Positions 38,948-52,415 of a stretch of DNA of 64,000 nucleotides are shown here, one piece after another. The DNA is from Lytechinus pictus. Taxonomy: Eukaryota. The stretch is taken from positions 14,696,001 through 14,760,000 of the forward strand of contig NC_087252.1 of the NCBI RefSeq assembly GCF_037042905.1, in the 5' to 3' direction. The translations under genes and the position numbers were made by a program. The stretch's first letter is position 1; each line of letters begins with the position of its first letter. The notes under the pieces are model-generated. The model searched no databases. It had not been told where the DNA came from and saw nothing but the letters and a program-made list of their open reading frames with translations.

Positions 38948-39470
38948 TTGGACATGTATTATCTACATCATAGCCCTCTTTGGAAAGCGATCCTGCCCCC
39001 CCCCCCACCCCCATTGGACAGGTATTATCTACATCATACCCATCTTTGGATAGCGATCCTGCCCCCCCCCCACCCCCAATGGACAGGTATTATCTACATC
39101 ATACCCCTCTTTGGATAGCGATCCTGCCCCCCCACCCCCATTGGACAGGTATTATCTACATCATACTCATCTTTGGATAGCGATCCTGCCCCCCCCCCCA
39201 CCCCCAATGGACAGGTATTATCTACATCATACCCATCTTTGGATAGCGATCCTGCCCCCCCCACCCCCATTGGACAGGTATTATCTACACCATACCCATC
39301 TTTGGATAGCGATCCTGCCCCCCCCACCCCCAATGGACAGGTATTATCTACATCATACCCCTCTTTGGATACCGATCCTGCCCCCCCCCCCCCCTCCACC
39401 CCCATTGGACAGGTATTATCTACATCACACCCCTCTTTGGATACCGATCCTGCCCCCCCCCACACCCCTC
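38948..39470. repeat. ~59-bp minisatellite, about 9 copies
   Basis: Unit TGGACAGGTATTATCTACATCATACCCMTCTTTGGATAGCGATCCTG(C)nACCCC with a variable C-run. Confidence 0.95.
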
Positions 39471-40226
39471 CGCTTCTCATTAATCTAGAATTCTGAAATC
39501 ACCTTTGACTAAACACACTCATGATAAAATTAATCAGCTCTACAAAAGGCCTCTTATGTGTCCAGAGTATATACAGAAATACGACCAAGATATATACATA
39601 ATTTATAAAGAGCCTCTTAACTGTCTATACGCGAATATGAACAAGATATTTTAATGTACATTACAGATAGGAGTAATAGAAGCAGAGTATACCCTGTTAG
39701 GCAAGTTACCTTCTGAAAATCGAAGAAAAAAATGAATGAGTTCAATGAAAGAATTTATGATTACCACCTAATTTAGTACTCTAAAAGCAAAGTGTACATT
39801 TAGGTACAGCTGATGGAGTTTGCGCTTGTTATTGCTCTCTTTGCCAAGCAGTTCATAAATGCATTTGTTTCTTTTCTGGTTCCACATTATTATACACACT
39901 ATGCTGTTTTGTGAATTCCCGTATATCATTAAATATTACATCTAAATATACAAGGTGTGTGATTATTGAAGTTATTCATAAACGAACGAGAAATATATAT
40001 TAGTAAATTCATCTTGTTCTCAGTTTGAAATGCAAACAAATACATTTGATTACTTTGTATATTCTGTTAGAAATGATATTTTTTTAAGTGGTCAAACGCA
40101 GCATAGGAAGATTATAGTAAAATATTTTAGGCACCTGTTTCAGAATATTGTGGATTGTCTAACCATTCACCCTACCCCTCTCCTGCCCCCCCCCCTTCTC
40201 TCCCAACTAAAGAATATGATCCGTGA

Positions 40227-43200
40227 TTATTCCTCTGGTAACCCCAGAGAAACTTGCCTCCCTTCTTCAGATCGCAGTGGTCCCTAATAAATGAGAAATG
40301 AGAAAAGAATTTAGGTTAAAAAAAGATATATACAAGTGACAACATCCATTACCATTTTATAATTTTGAAATGAATTATCATTGAATTGACTAATAGAGGA
40401 TCAAATATTGATTAATTTTTAAAAACTTTTTGAGGTTTATAACACTTTCTGGACATAGTGTCACATGCACATTTACATAGATTTGTATATTTCCACGCTA
40501 ACGTTGGCTAAAATTGCCCCCTCCCCATCCTATACACACAGAGACCTCTACGTCCACAGAGAAGAAGACAAAGGTGGGGATAGGAAAATAAAAATAAGCG
40601 CCGTATACCAGTCAGACTGCAGGTCCCAAGAAAGTGGCTTCTTTCATCCAAGTGATATTCATGACTTGAGATGTTTTGCATATTTAATGAGCTTGATGCG
40701 GACCAAAACACCTCTTTTCATTCGGTCATTGCTGCTCTAATTGTGCATCGAATTTCATGAATTTGGTACCATTGTAAAGAAGAAGAATCATTCTTTCAGG
40801 TCATGTGTTTGGATTTATTCAAAGATTTTGTAATATAGGTTAAAATTTTGATCTAAAATATGCTACAAAATAAATATTTTCACCTGACAAAAGCTGCTAT
40901 TTTCACACTCTATTTTTGTTTGAGCCCAAATGATTTTTATATCATGATAAAGCTGAATATGTATGCTTTGAAATTATATAGGTTTCAAAATAAGAATTGG
41001 TTTAATCGGGTCAAGATCACACTTTTCATTTGCCAAGTACATAAAGCAGCTTGAAAACAAGAATACTGCACTCTGATTGGTCAAAGAGACCACACAATGG
41101 CAAATTCCAACGGTTCCAGTGCCTGGGTTCGTGGGAAGGTCACACTTCCCATGTGGTAATCTCCTCAAATACCCCGCGCCTGTTGTTCTGTGAGCCTTAT
41201 CCAGCCAATCTGGATTTCATGCAAGTACAAAAATTCAGAAATCTCGTCTTGTACATTGGTGGGAAAAGTGTGATCTTATCCTGATTAAAAGGTGCCGCAT
41301 ATCAAGAGTGGTATTGTGAGAAAGTACAGATGTTCAGCTTTATGGTGATATAGATATCATTGAGGCTCAAAATAAAAAGTTTTGCATAATTTGCAAAAGA
41401 AAACAGAGGAAGAAAATTCAGTTTTTTGGCACATTTTCAGGCCAGAAATTTACTTATTTAACAAAATATTGTATACAGAGGAAATGACCAATATGAAAGA
41501 GTAACTTTTACTCTATCTGATCGTGTAATAATATTTCATTTAACTTGAGGTTAAAACAGGTAAATTCTTAGAGAAAGAAAATCTCACGAATCACGAGATT
41601 TTGCAAGGAGGAGGATTCAGCCACGAGATGATTTGGATGAATCTGGCCTTTTTGCTCATTAGCATAGGGACCTGCGGTCTGACTGATACTTACTATCTCG
41701 GACATTTCTTCATCGCGTGTCTCCGACCCCGAAGTTTCGGGAGCAGCGTCCAGTCCCACCACGAAGTTTCTTTCGTCCTGAGGCTGCACACCCACTGTCA
41801 AGACCTCTTTTTCTTCCTTAAAAAATGTAGAAAAGCAATTTCAAAGTAAATGATGAGATGGGGAGAGGACTATTTTATATGCGAGGAAAGAAAAAGAAAT
41901 TTACTTTATTTCCTTTCTCCCGTCATATTGCATTCACAAAAAAAATGAAGAAGGTGAAACGGGTGGAATTAAAATAGCATTCATGCATAGGCCTATATTG
42001 AGTTAACAGCCATAACAAAGAATAGACCCCCCCCCCAAAAAAAAAAAAGTGTTTACATACTTAATAAATTTTGTATAAGTGGAATCAGTGGCGGACCGTG
42101 ACCCGGAGGAGACAAAGCATTGGAGGGGCACTGTATTGTTTGTGAACAATACTGTGCCCCTCCAATGCTTTGTCTCCTCCGGGTCACGGTCCGCCACTGA
42201 GTGGAATGATTAATTTAATATGAAATTTTGATGAGCCTATATTTTAGTAATACTTGTCTGATTTTGAGTTGGTCAGAGTATTAAAATAGCACATAGAGGG
42301 CAGCATTCACGTTTATCAATTTTCTTCTTCAAGTATTATCTCCATTCGAAACCTTATTCATTGTGTTTTATTTATTCAAATTGATATTATTATACTGTAT
42401 GAAATAATTTTCTTAAACAATAAGGAATAATATGACAATGAGGTTATCCTTTTTTATTGATACACTCTGTAAATGCAAAGGAGCTAATCTGGTCCCTAAT
42501 AATCACGCTCCTCCCAGGGCATGCAGAGTGAGATGAGAGACCAGTCGTCATGGAACGAGATTTCGGTCTTTCAAGAGTGAGTTTTCACCTTTTTTTAGGA
42601 GTGAAAGTGTGCATTTGTTTCCAGTTTCACTCTAATACCCCTTTCATATTGCGCTTTTCACCGGCGAACTTCACCGGCGAAGTTCGCCAGCGAAGGGGAA
42701 AGTGTCCAGTATGAAAGGTATACACAGGAAAACTTCACCGGTGAAGTTCGCCGGCGAACTTCTCCACCTCTAGAGGTGGAGAACTTCACCGGCGAACTGT
42801 TTCACCGGCGAAGTTCGCCGGTGAAAAGGCCAGTATGAAAGCAAACCGGAGAACTTCTCCTCTTTAATGACGTCAGAGGTCAATTTTTTTTCTCTCCCGA
42901 AGTCCCCTGTACCGAGATTCCGCGCGCGATAGTTGCAAGCTCAGCTGAATGCTATATGGCCAAGTAGATACCCTCGAACATAATTTTTTTTACTAACAAT
43001 ATTTATTAAAAAGCACTTTTTGCATGTATAAAATGCGCTAAAATATAAAGACAAGGTGATATTGTTTGTTTTATCGTAATACTTCCAAAATATGTTGTAA
43101 TTAATTTTTTTGATACCTTTTTGTAATAGGTAACAAGTAATGTTTACAATTTTCTTTCGTTTGTTCTGCAATCGCCCGTTGACTTTCGCCGGGGAAGAAA

Positions 43201-44128
43201 TGTCAGTGCGAAAGGGTACATTTTTTTCTTCGCCGGGGAAGTGAGGAATGCGAGGCGGCGAAGTTCGCCGGTGAAAAATGAAGAGGGCAGTATGAAAGGT
43301 GTATAAAACTGAGAGATGAAAATTCACTCTTGAAAGACCGAAATCTCACTCCATTTCGACGGGTCCCCTCATCTCACTCTAAGAGGAGCGTGATTATATT
43401 AGGGATCAGATTAGCTTCTTTGCATACTCACCTTCATTTTCAGCACGATTTCTACTTCATTATTATGGACAGAAAATGAGATCTTGGTCGTGCGGGATGG
43501 ATCGATTTCAAGATGGAAACCTGGACCCTTCATTGATATCTAGCAAAATATAAACAAAGAAAAATACTGATTTAAAAAATTGATAAAAAAAACAAACACA
43601 CCAATATACACGTCCCTCGACAAATCTCACATGAAAACATAAGCGAATTAACATTTTTAGTGAATTACTACACAGCAAAAACTGTGGTGTTAACCGGTGT
43701 ACATAGAGGACCACACCGGTTATTTAACACCGGTGTTAAATTGGTGGTGTTAGTTTTACACCTATAGGTGTTATTACAACACCTATGGCTGTTACATTTA
43801 CATTCTTTGGTGTTATGTTCAATCTCTAGGGTGTTATTTTAACACCTCAGGGTGTGGTCCTCTATTAACACCAACTGGTGTCAGTTTTAACGCCACAGTT
43901 TTTACAGTGTACCAACGGAGAAATAAAAATTATACATATGAAAATATCTCCAAATCAGTAAGTCCAAAGTGATTTTAACAACTATATAATTCCATCAGCA
44001 AAAATAATTCTTCACTGCCTTTAGTGTCTTATACTCTCTTATTCTATGACTATACAATTTTAATTTTTTACCTTATTTTTGTCGTTGTCTCTGTCACTGG
44101 GGTAGGTGTTACGGTGCTGAGTTGACAT
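40227..44128 (-). CDS. Uncharacterised acidic ~114-aa protein, copy B; coding exons 44072-44128, 43432-43539, 41694-41816, 40227-40283
   Basis: Same exon lengths and splice sites as copy A. Differences seen: I7N, one S>R, one synonymous change, and stop TAA instead of TGA. Confidence 0.72.
42086..42199. mobile_element. 114-bp hAT-like hairpin MITE, unit B specific
   Basis: CAGTGGCGGACC...GGTCCGCCACTG with 8-bp TSD AGTGGAAT. Empty site at ~26556. Confidence 0.95.
42636..43303. mobile_element. PIF/Harbinger-like element nested in the intronic MITE, unit B specific
   Basis: TAA-TACCCCTTTCATA...TATGAAAGGTGTA-TAA with many TTCACCGGCGAA subterminal motifs. Empty site at ~26986. Confidence 0.9.
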
Positions 44129-45420
44129 TTCTATGCATGAAATGGAGAAAATTAGTTATGGAATTTTCCTTCAATGAAGTTCTTTATCATTGTAATACAT
44201 CAAATAACTCGTAAAAATACTTTTCTGCCCTATAATTATGATCTGTCCCAACTTTGTTCTCTCTCTTCTCACCACATCACAGCTTAATTTCTACTAAACG
44301 TTTTTTTTTATGAGTTATTAATTAGCTATCCAACCATCAGTGTTTCTGTTTCTGCTTATGGTAACTCCCGTAGGAACTAGACAGGACAGCATTTTGCTGG
44401 TAAACATCAAGCTGGTATAATTACCTGGGAAACATTTTTATGTGTAGGTTAATAAGTCATAATGGCTGACCTTATAGACGACAGATACTCTCGGGCATTT
44501 TTATGAAAGTGGTGACAATGGCAGAGTGGGGATTCGAACTCACAATCTTGTGATTGTGAGTCCAATGCTCTAACCACTCGACCCGTGTAATATTGTCACA
44601 CCACTTACATCGTGTAATATTGTTATACCAGTTTTATTATTTTTTGGGTCGATTTGTCTCTTCTCTATTTTTTCCCAATTTCCATTAAAAAAAAGATAAA
44701 CAAAAAGTCAGTGTAAAAATTATACATTACAAACTCTATCAATCTATCCCGTGATATGATTTTTCTCTTTTGCCGAATCCGAGTCAATACTACATCGTAT
44801 CGCATTTGATTTTTTTTTGTTAAGAGGGTACACGATGATCAAAGTCCATTTCAATACACTAGCGGAAGAAATTATGTTTGTACATACAACGCAGCTCTGT
44901 AATACATACTGTATAACGGGATCATTTCCACTACAAGTAAATTGTTGATAAAATATAATGTACGATTTCTTCTTCATTTGGAGTCATCATATACATTGGA
45001 ATAAAGTCAATAATAAGGTAATATAATGTGTTTTGTTTTAGTAGACATTTTATAAATTATTATCAGATAATTTCGCCTTAATCTCTCTGGTTATGTTGAT
45101 AATAAAATGCCTTGGTTACATTCATTCGTCTTTCCCAGACAATCTCACTGTGATTTGCATGATAATGATTTTCATTGCACTGTATATGTCTAAACTGATT
45201 ACATATACCAAGTAAACAATCATGAATTCATGGCCTTGACTGACTGAAGGAAGGGCAGGAAATTGTTTTGTCAATGCACCCCCCCCCCCCGTCAAAACAA
45301 AAATTACAATCATAATCATAATAATTATATTATTTTAAAGAAAATTGTTCATTACGTTATTGAAGAGAATCTCACTAGTCGCATATACCCAGCAGGTTAT
45401 AGCAGTGGTGTATTGAGTAA

Positions 45421-45451
<31 letters not shown>

Positions 45452-46839
45452 GGGGGGGGGGGGAAGGGGCAAGACATGACAAATGAGGCAAGATCTCTCT
45501 CCCTCAAAAAAACAAACAATAATTGTGAGAGGGCGAAGCGAGATAAAAAAAAAACGTTGACAATTTTTAATTTAAAAAAATCAAAGTTTCTAATGTTTGT
45601 GGCAGTGTGTTGTATAACACTTAAACAAGGTTTTATTTTTTACTCTGTAGACTAAGGGCACTCTATATTTGGACAAACGAAAATATCTTCATGCATTACC
45701 AGCAAATTTATGATTAACAGACAATTGTTTTTGTTTATAATTGTAGATATTCTTATATTATTGTAATTGCAGCTAACTAGATTATGATTGGTGACTTTTA
45801 CGAATAATGACCCGTTTCATTTAAATGCTGCTTTTTTCGTTTTTAGAGTCGAGAGTGGTACGTATATAAGCCGCAGACCACCATTCTTACCTTCAAATTA
45901 GTATTCAAATGCATAGCACATTTCTCTTCGCGGAAAAAAAATGATCACCGTTCAAAGACCATTTTTCGTCGCCTCTTCGTTCCAATGAGCGTCGCCTTTT
46001 CTTCATGTATGTGAATTCGGTTCGCACGCTACACGCTCGCACGCACGCACGCATCGAAGTCTGTATTCGCCCCACAGAGATGTACTATAATCATGATAAT
46101 CATAGATATATAGTTCCGAAGACCGTCTTTTTTACGATTAGTCAGTCTCAATGCCCCCCCCCCCCGTTTATTATTATTATTATTATTTTGTAAAAAAGCA
46201 ATTCTGAATCAGTAGTTCACACTTAATGTATATAAGTAGAATTTATCATTTGTAAAAAAAAAAATCGGTGTTTTTTTCCCAGTAGTTTTAACTTGTCTGT
46301 TAATTTACTTGATTTATTTGGGTTCAATTCACGTATTGCAAGCTTGCTTCGATTGAGTAAATCTATCTCAATTAGGTAAAGATGATATAAAATCAAGTTG
46401 AATGTACTTATGCTTTTCAATTAACGCCTTGTTTAAATAATGCATAAATATTCGTTAAAGCAAGTAATTTTTTTTTTCAATTTTTTTGAATAACTGTCAT
46501 ATCTATTTGTGTTTGAAATTGTTTTGGATAAGGGTGTGCTAACTATTTTATTCTTTTGTTGAATCAAAGAAAGAGCAACATTAAATAGTCATTTAGCAGA
46601 AAATTTCAGATTTCTTTTTAGGTTTTCGGAAAATGCTTATATTATTCTCAATGTTTTATTTGTAAGAAAGAAACGATCGCGTATAAATATCAATGTCAGT
46701 TCCTATATTTGTACAGGTAAGTGACAATGCACTATACTTAATCTTTTTTTTTTTAAAATTAAGTTATAGTAACTTAATTTTTTGAGTAAAATGGATGCAA
46801 AGAAAATGAGTAAATTTTACTTAAAACTGCCAAACTTAA

Positions 46840-47441
46840 AGGACAAGTCCACCCCGACAAATAGTTGATTTGAACAAATAGAGAAAAATCAAAGAAGCAT
46901 AACACTGAAAATTTCATCAAAATCGGATGTAAAATAAGAAAGTTATGACATTTTAAAGTTTTGCTAAATTTCACAAAACAGTTATATGCATATCCTGGTC
47001 GGTATGCAAATGAGGGGACTGATGACGTCACTCACTCACTATTTCTTTTGTATTTTATTATGTGATATATGAAATATTTTAATTTTCTCCTCATTGGAAG
47101 GTGAAACAAGTTTTCTTCCTTCATGAACATGGGGAATTACAATTGTTCTAACATTTTATGGTTCAGTAAAACTGGTCGTTATTGTCAAATCTGTAAAAAT
47201 GGAAATATTGTATAATTCAAACAATAAAAAACAAAAGAAATAGTGAGTGAGGGACATCATCGACTCTCTCATTTGCGTGTTGCCGAGTTGTGCATGTAAC
47301 TGTTTTGTGAAAATAAGCGAAACTTAAAAATGTCATAACTTTCTTATTTTACATCCAATTTTGATGAAATTTTCAATGTTATTATTGTTCGATTTTTCTC
47401 TATTTATTCAAATAAACATTTTTCTGGGGTGGACTTGACCT
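46840..47441. mobile_element. Kolobok-like MITE, same family as 16642-17242
   Basis: TTAA-AGGACAAGTCCACCCC...GGGGTGGACTTGACCT-TTAA. Absent in A and B. Confidence 0.92.
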
Positions 47442-50400
47442 TTAAAAGACTTGAAAAAATTAGGGCATTTTTTGGCCACAGTTTTATTGAGTAATTTCAA
47501 CAACTAATTTTTTACATTGTACATACCAAATCTGGGGGCAAGCCCCTCCCTCTCCCTTTCCAGGTATTATGACTAGCGACCCTTCGTTAAATTATGACTC
47601 GTGATTTTCTTTTCCTGTAATGACTCGTAGTCATTATGACTAACAGGTGGACTCCGATGATAGGTGGGGTTATAAAGTATATTGGTCAATCCATTTTCTA
47701 TCCGGAGCGCACAACCGAGGGAGTGAAGCGAACGAGGTCATTACCTCGTTTTATTTTCTTCTGTCTGTCTCTACAATTATATCTTCCATTTCTTCCACTC
47801 TGCTTTTTATTTGCCCATCATTTTTTTTTCTTCTCATGACATTCACTCAGAATTGATAATCATTCTATTTCTTCAGGACTCTTTTTAAAGCAGGCCTTTG
47901 AGCACTGAAAGGACTACCCTGATTTAAAATAAAACCGAATAAATAACTCTTTGTAATGACTGAAGTTGCTGTGACCTAGAGTTTTAATGCGCCTGACAAA
48001 ACATGAAACATTCAGGATTGGAATCCTTGTCATGGCGCCTACATAGCGAGGCACTTATCTGCATTTCTCTGCTATCATACATGAACAAAAATGAAAATGT
48101 TTCATGCATAATATATTAAACGGTGCACGTATTTTTTTATATTTATCATGTTCATAATGTTAATACAATGTTTCTAAGCGCTGCATACTATTACCCCTTG
48201 TTTTAGCACAGCTACTATTATCACTTCTACTCTGAAAGGTTACTCGAGCATTCAAATAATTTCTTCCTACCTGGTACCTATTAACTATACCTGGGTGGAG
48301 AGTTGCAAATGTAGATAAACGCTTGCCAAAGGACGCGAGTACCGTGGTTAGATTCGAATCCCGGACCTTTTGGTTCAAAGTCCAGAGATTTATCCACTGA
48401 TCCACAACACCCTTTTTGTGGGTTATTAATCGATGTATTGCATGATCGATTATAATCATATAATTACCTGTCTTTTTTAAACAGTGTTGATTGATTTATA
48501 TTGTAACGTGCACCGTGGCTTGCATGATTCAAAATGAATGAATTTAATGAATGATATTCCAAACTAAATTCTTTTCTGTATTCAATTTCTTGAATCTTTA
48601 AAAGAAAAAACCCGAAGAGGATGAAAAGAGCACACTTTCTCCACAAATAATCGACCCTAGAAAATACCTCATTATATTTTCATATTCAATAGTGCGCTAA
48701 TAATTAGTGATGTAAATAAACCATAAGTATGAAATAAATTCATTTATAAAGGGGATAATTTTGTGTGAATCTTTCAAACATTTATAGCATACCTCTTTAT
48801 TTCACACGTATAAATATATTTTTTTAAATTGAATTTATGAGTATGCTTAAATTTGATATTTTTTTCTGTTCACTGAGATTAATTCTTCAATATCTTTCTA
48901 CTTTTTAATTTATAAGCGAACAGAAACTTGAAATCTTTGAAATTTTTAGCAAACATTTCTTGGACAAATGTGAAATATTTCCGTGGCATTTGATGACCAT
49001 GATATCTCACTGATTATTTAGGATATATATATCAAAAGCATGCTTGAATCATCCCTTACACCGCATTTGAGTGTCAGTCTTAAAAAAAAAAAAGAGAAAC
49101 GATTTATGAAAAAATGATAATTTTCGCAAACCATAAATACAAATATGGTGTACTCATGTTATGTTCTGTGATACAAATGCGCCCATACTTTTGAAAGTGA
49201 AAAGAAAATTGAACTTCAAAATGACGAGCTTTAATTTTAAGATTTCCAAAGATATTTTCTAACTGAATGTCTTTTCCAAAATAGCTCACTGAAAGAAATT
49301 GTTAAGACTTATCATTTAGTTTCATCGGATGATCGGAATGAAAAAAATAGAGACCTTGGAAATTTAGGCAAGCATGCTTATTGGAAAAAAAAATGTTTGG
49401 ATGAAATTCTAAGTATAAACCGTAAAAAATAAATGAAATAAGGCTTACTTATTTACGGATGAACCCTCTGCTAGCTGTCCAAGACTTTGATGAAATGACA
49501 ACTAGGCTAAGTGAAAATGCAATTGAAATTCAAAAGCCAAATTGGTGTTTGAAGTTAAACTCCTTTTTAATTGTGTTGCAACTGCTTACAAACGCTGTCA
49601 CCAAAAATAATTACAAACAAAAGAAAGAGGCAGCGAAACGACAAAATATTTCTCCCGTGTAATATGTGTTGGTGAAAAAAGAATGTCTCGTAATCAGATG
49701 TGATGCATCATTGCAGATCGAAAGATGATATTTGTTGCTGATTTGTGGCTCCCCGGTCTGGTATACGGTGTTTATATCCTGTCGATGACATCCACGACGA
49801 CAATGGGGGTGTCAATTTGTTTATATAGCAGTACTATAATCATATGCAATCTGTGCTGGTTAATATTTTCATGTCAAATTAAATTGACAATATCTGTAAG
49901 CCATTAATATTATGAAAATGTTTGCTTTAATATCTAAAACACTTTGATCAAAGCAGATCATTAATCAAAACTTGAGTTGAATTTCCAGTATATCCCGTTA
50001 ATCACAACAATTTAATTCTAGGAGTTTTCTATTTAATTGCAGCTATTATATAATCGATCTATTAATCGATCTATGGCACAAAATCCAACCTCAGACAGGA
50101 AGGATTACAAAAATTGGGCAGTTGGGAGGGTATAGAGGGGGGGGGGTCTGGGGTTGATTGGTGTCTTAATTTCAGTCTGATAAATATTCCAAATGTATTT
50201 ATTACTCCTTATCTAACCTCAACAGTGTCTGCAAATGAGACTACTTGTTCTCATTCATGATATATGAACGCACTGGTAAACAAATACTGGAGCTCAGTAA
50301 CATTGAGCTTATTCCTCGGTCACATTTGCTCTACTATACGGCGCACAGTGGGCCAGAAGTGATTGGAAGTGCGCCAAAATTATATTCCGAATTATATTTT

Positions 50401-50975
50401 TACTCTAACATGGTGTGTAAGGGTAATTTTGGGCGTAGAATCGACTGAACATGATTTAAAGCCGATGTGACGTCACCTTGATACCAAATTTTGATTGGCT
50501 ACTAAAAACATATCTGTGAAAAGACAAATTACGCTAAACAACATGTAGTATACAAACTTTGTGTTATGTGCTACTTTCAGATTGACCAGAGTGAATGTTG
50601 GTTTATGCTTCTCACATGCCTAAAAAGTGTGTATGAGATGCCGAAATTAATTTTATGGCATCAAAATGATCATTAATTATATTTATAAAAAAACCTTTAA
50701 AATCTGAAAAATATTAACCGTGCTTTATTAAGCTGTGTGGACTTGTGTAAAACGCAGAGTATATAACACCACGAATGTATCACTATGAGGAGGGTTTTTG
50801 ACTGAAATTATTCTACAAGTAAGTTTTCTATCTGGAAGAGTTGTGGGTATACCCCTTATTTGCGTTAGCAACCTTTATTTTGTTTACATTATGCCCGGAA
50901 TTCATGTCATTTTCATGGAATGCGAGGGGAATCGTCCTCGCTGTGCAAAACCGAACGGCAATGTACACCCATACG

Positions 50976-52415
50976 CACAGTGGGCCAGAATGAGTTGAAA
51001 GTGCGCCAAAATTATATTCCGTGTTATATTTTTACTTTAACATGTTGATTAAGGGTAATTTTGGGCGTAGAATCGACTGAACATAATTTAAAGCCGATAT
51101 GACGTCACTTTGATACCACATTTTGATTGGCTACTTAAAACCTATCTGCGAAAAGACAAATTACGCTAAACAATGTGCAGTATATAAACTTTGTGTTATG
51201 TGTTACTTTAAGATTGACCAGAGTGAATGTTGGTTTATGCTTCTCACATGCCTAAAAAGTGTGTATGAAATCCTGAAAATAATTTTATGGCATCAAAATG
51301 ATCATTAGATAAAAAAAAACTTAAAAATCTGAAAAATATTAACCGTGCTTTATCAAGCGAAGTATCCTCTTGGGTAAAACGCAGAGTATATAACAGGGGC
51401 CGCGGAACCGGGGGGGGGGGGGCTGGGGGGGGGGGCTTCAGCCCCCCCCCCCCACTTTTTTCCAAAATCGTGTACAAAAACGTAAAATTTACCATATGAT
51501 TGTGATTTTTAGCATGGTCAACCCCCCCCACTTTTGGCTCAGCCCCCCCCCCCCCCCACTTTGAAAACCGTTCCGCGGCCCCTGTATAACACCACGAATG
51601 TTTTACTATGAGGAGGGGTTTTGGATGAAATTATTCTACAAGTAAATTTTATCTCTGGAAGAGGGGCGGGTAGCCTTAATATGCGTTATCAACCTTTATT
51701 TTGTTTGCATTAAGCCCGGAATTCATGTCATTTTCATGGAATGGAAGGGGAATCATCCTCGCCGTGCAAAAATGAACGGCAATGTACACCCCACACGGTG
51801 CGCTGCGATGACTGCGCGGTATGAAAATGACCGTTTTTTAACAGGTTTTGGGGGTGTTGTGCCGTGTTGTGTCAAGTAAAATCGGCTGTAACATGAAAAC
51901 GGGCAAAAACGGGCAGCTAAATTTGGTATCGACTTAAAGCTTAGACATCTAGCAAATTGATGATGATAGAATTTAAACGGAAATCCACGGAAATCCAAAC
52001 GTTTCTAATGTAAATGCAAAAAACATGGATTATCAGCCTATTTCGAGGAATAATTATCCTATAAACCTCCTGAAATTTGTCTTTTATCTAATTTGAACCC
52101 TTTCACACGAAAAAAAGAATATATCAGGATTATGTGGGTGCCATTTCAGATTCCTACATGAAAACCTCCTGTGAAATGGCTAGTTTTTCAACTAAGTTGT
52201 CATATACGCGACATTTCGCATGTCACATTTGTCACATGTCACATTTTACGATTTGAGGTAGGAAATTAACAACCTTTATGCAAATTTCTGAATGAAATAT
52301 TTTGCTGAAATATTCTTCAAAGTATTGTCTTTCAGCTGGGCATGACAAAAATTAAAAATCTGAAATTGCCCAAAATGACTTTTGGCGCACTGTTGTTTCG
52401 CCCCGGCCCACTGTG
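50976..52415. mobile_element. Transib-like element (inner copy of the same family)
   Basis: CACAGTG termini and TSD ATACG. Homologous along its length to the outer copy. Confidence 0.9.
51394..51584. mobile_element. G/C-run MITE nested in the inner Transib-like copy
   Basis: CAGGGGCCGCGGAAC...GTTCCGCGGCCCCTG flanked by TATAA. The outer copy shows the empty site at ~50762. Confidence 0.9.

Larger units (their letters stand above)
29638..45797. repeat. Tandem segmental duplication unit B (~16.2 kb)
   Basis: Collinear with unit A. It lacks A 8183-12920, the LTR element and several MITEs. Confidence 0.95.

Noticed and set aside
38948..39470. CRISPR-like regular repeats and proline-rich ORFs
   Set aside because: There are no unique spacers, only contiguous tandem units in a eukaryotic context. 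The ORFs are by-products of the repeat.
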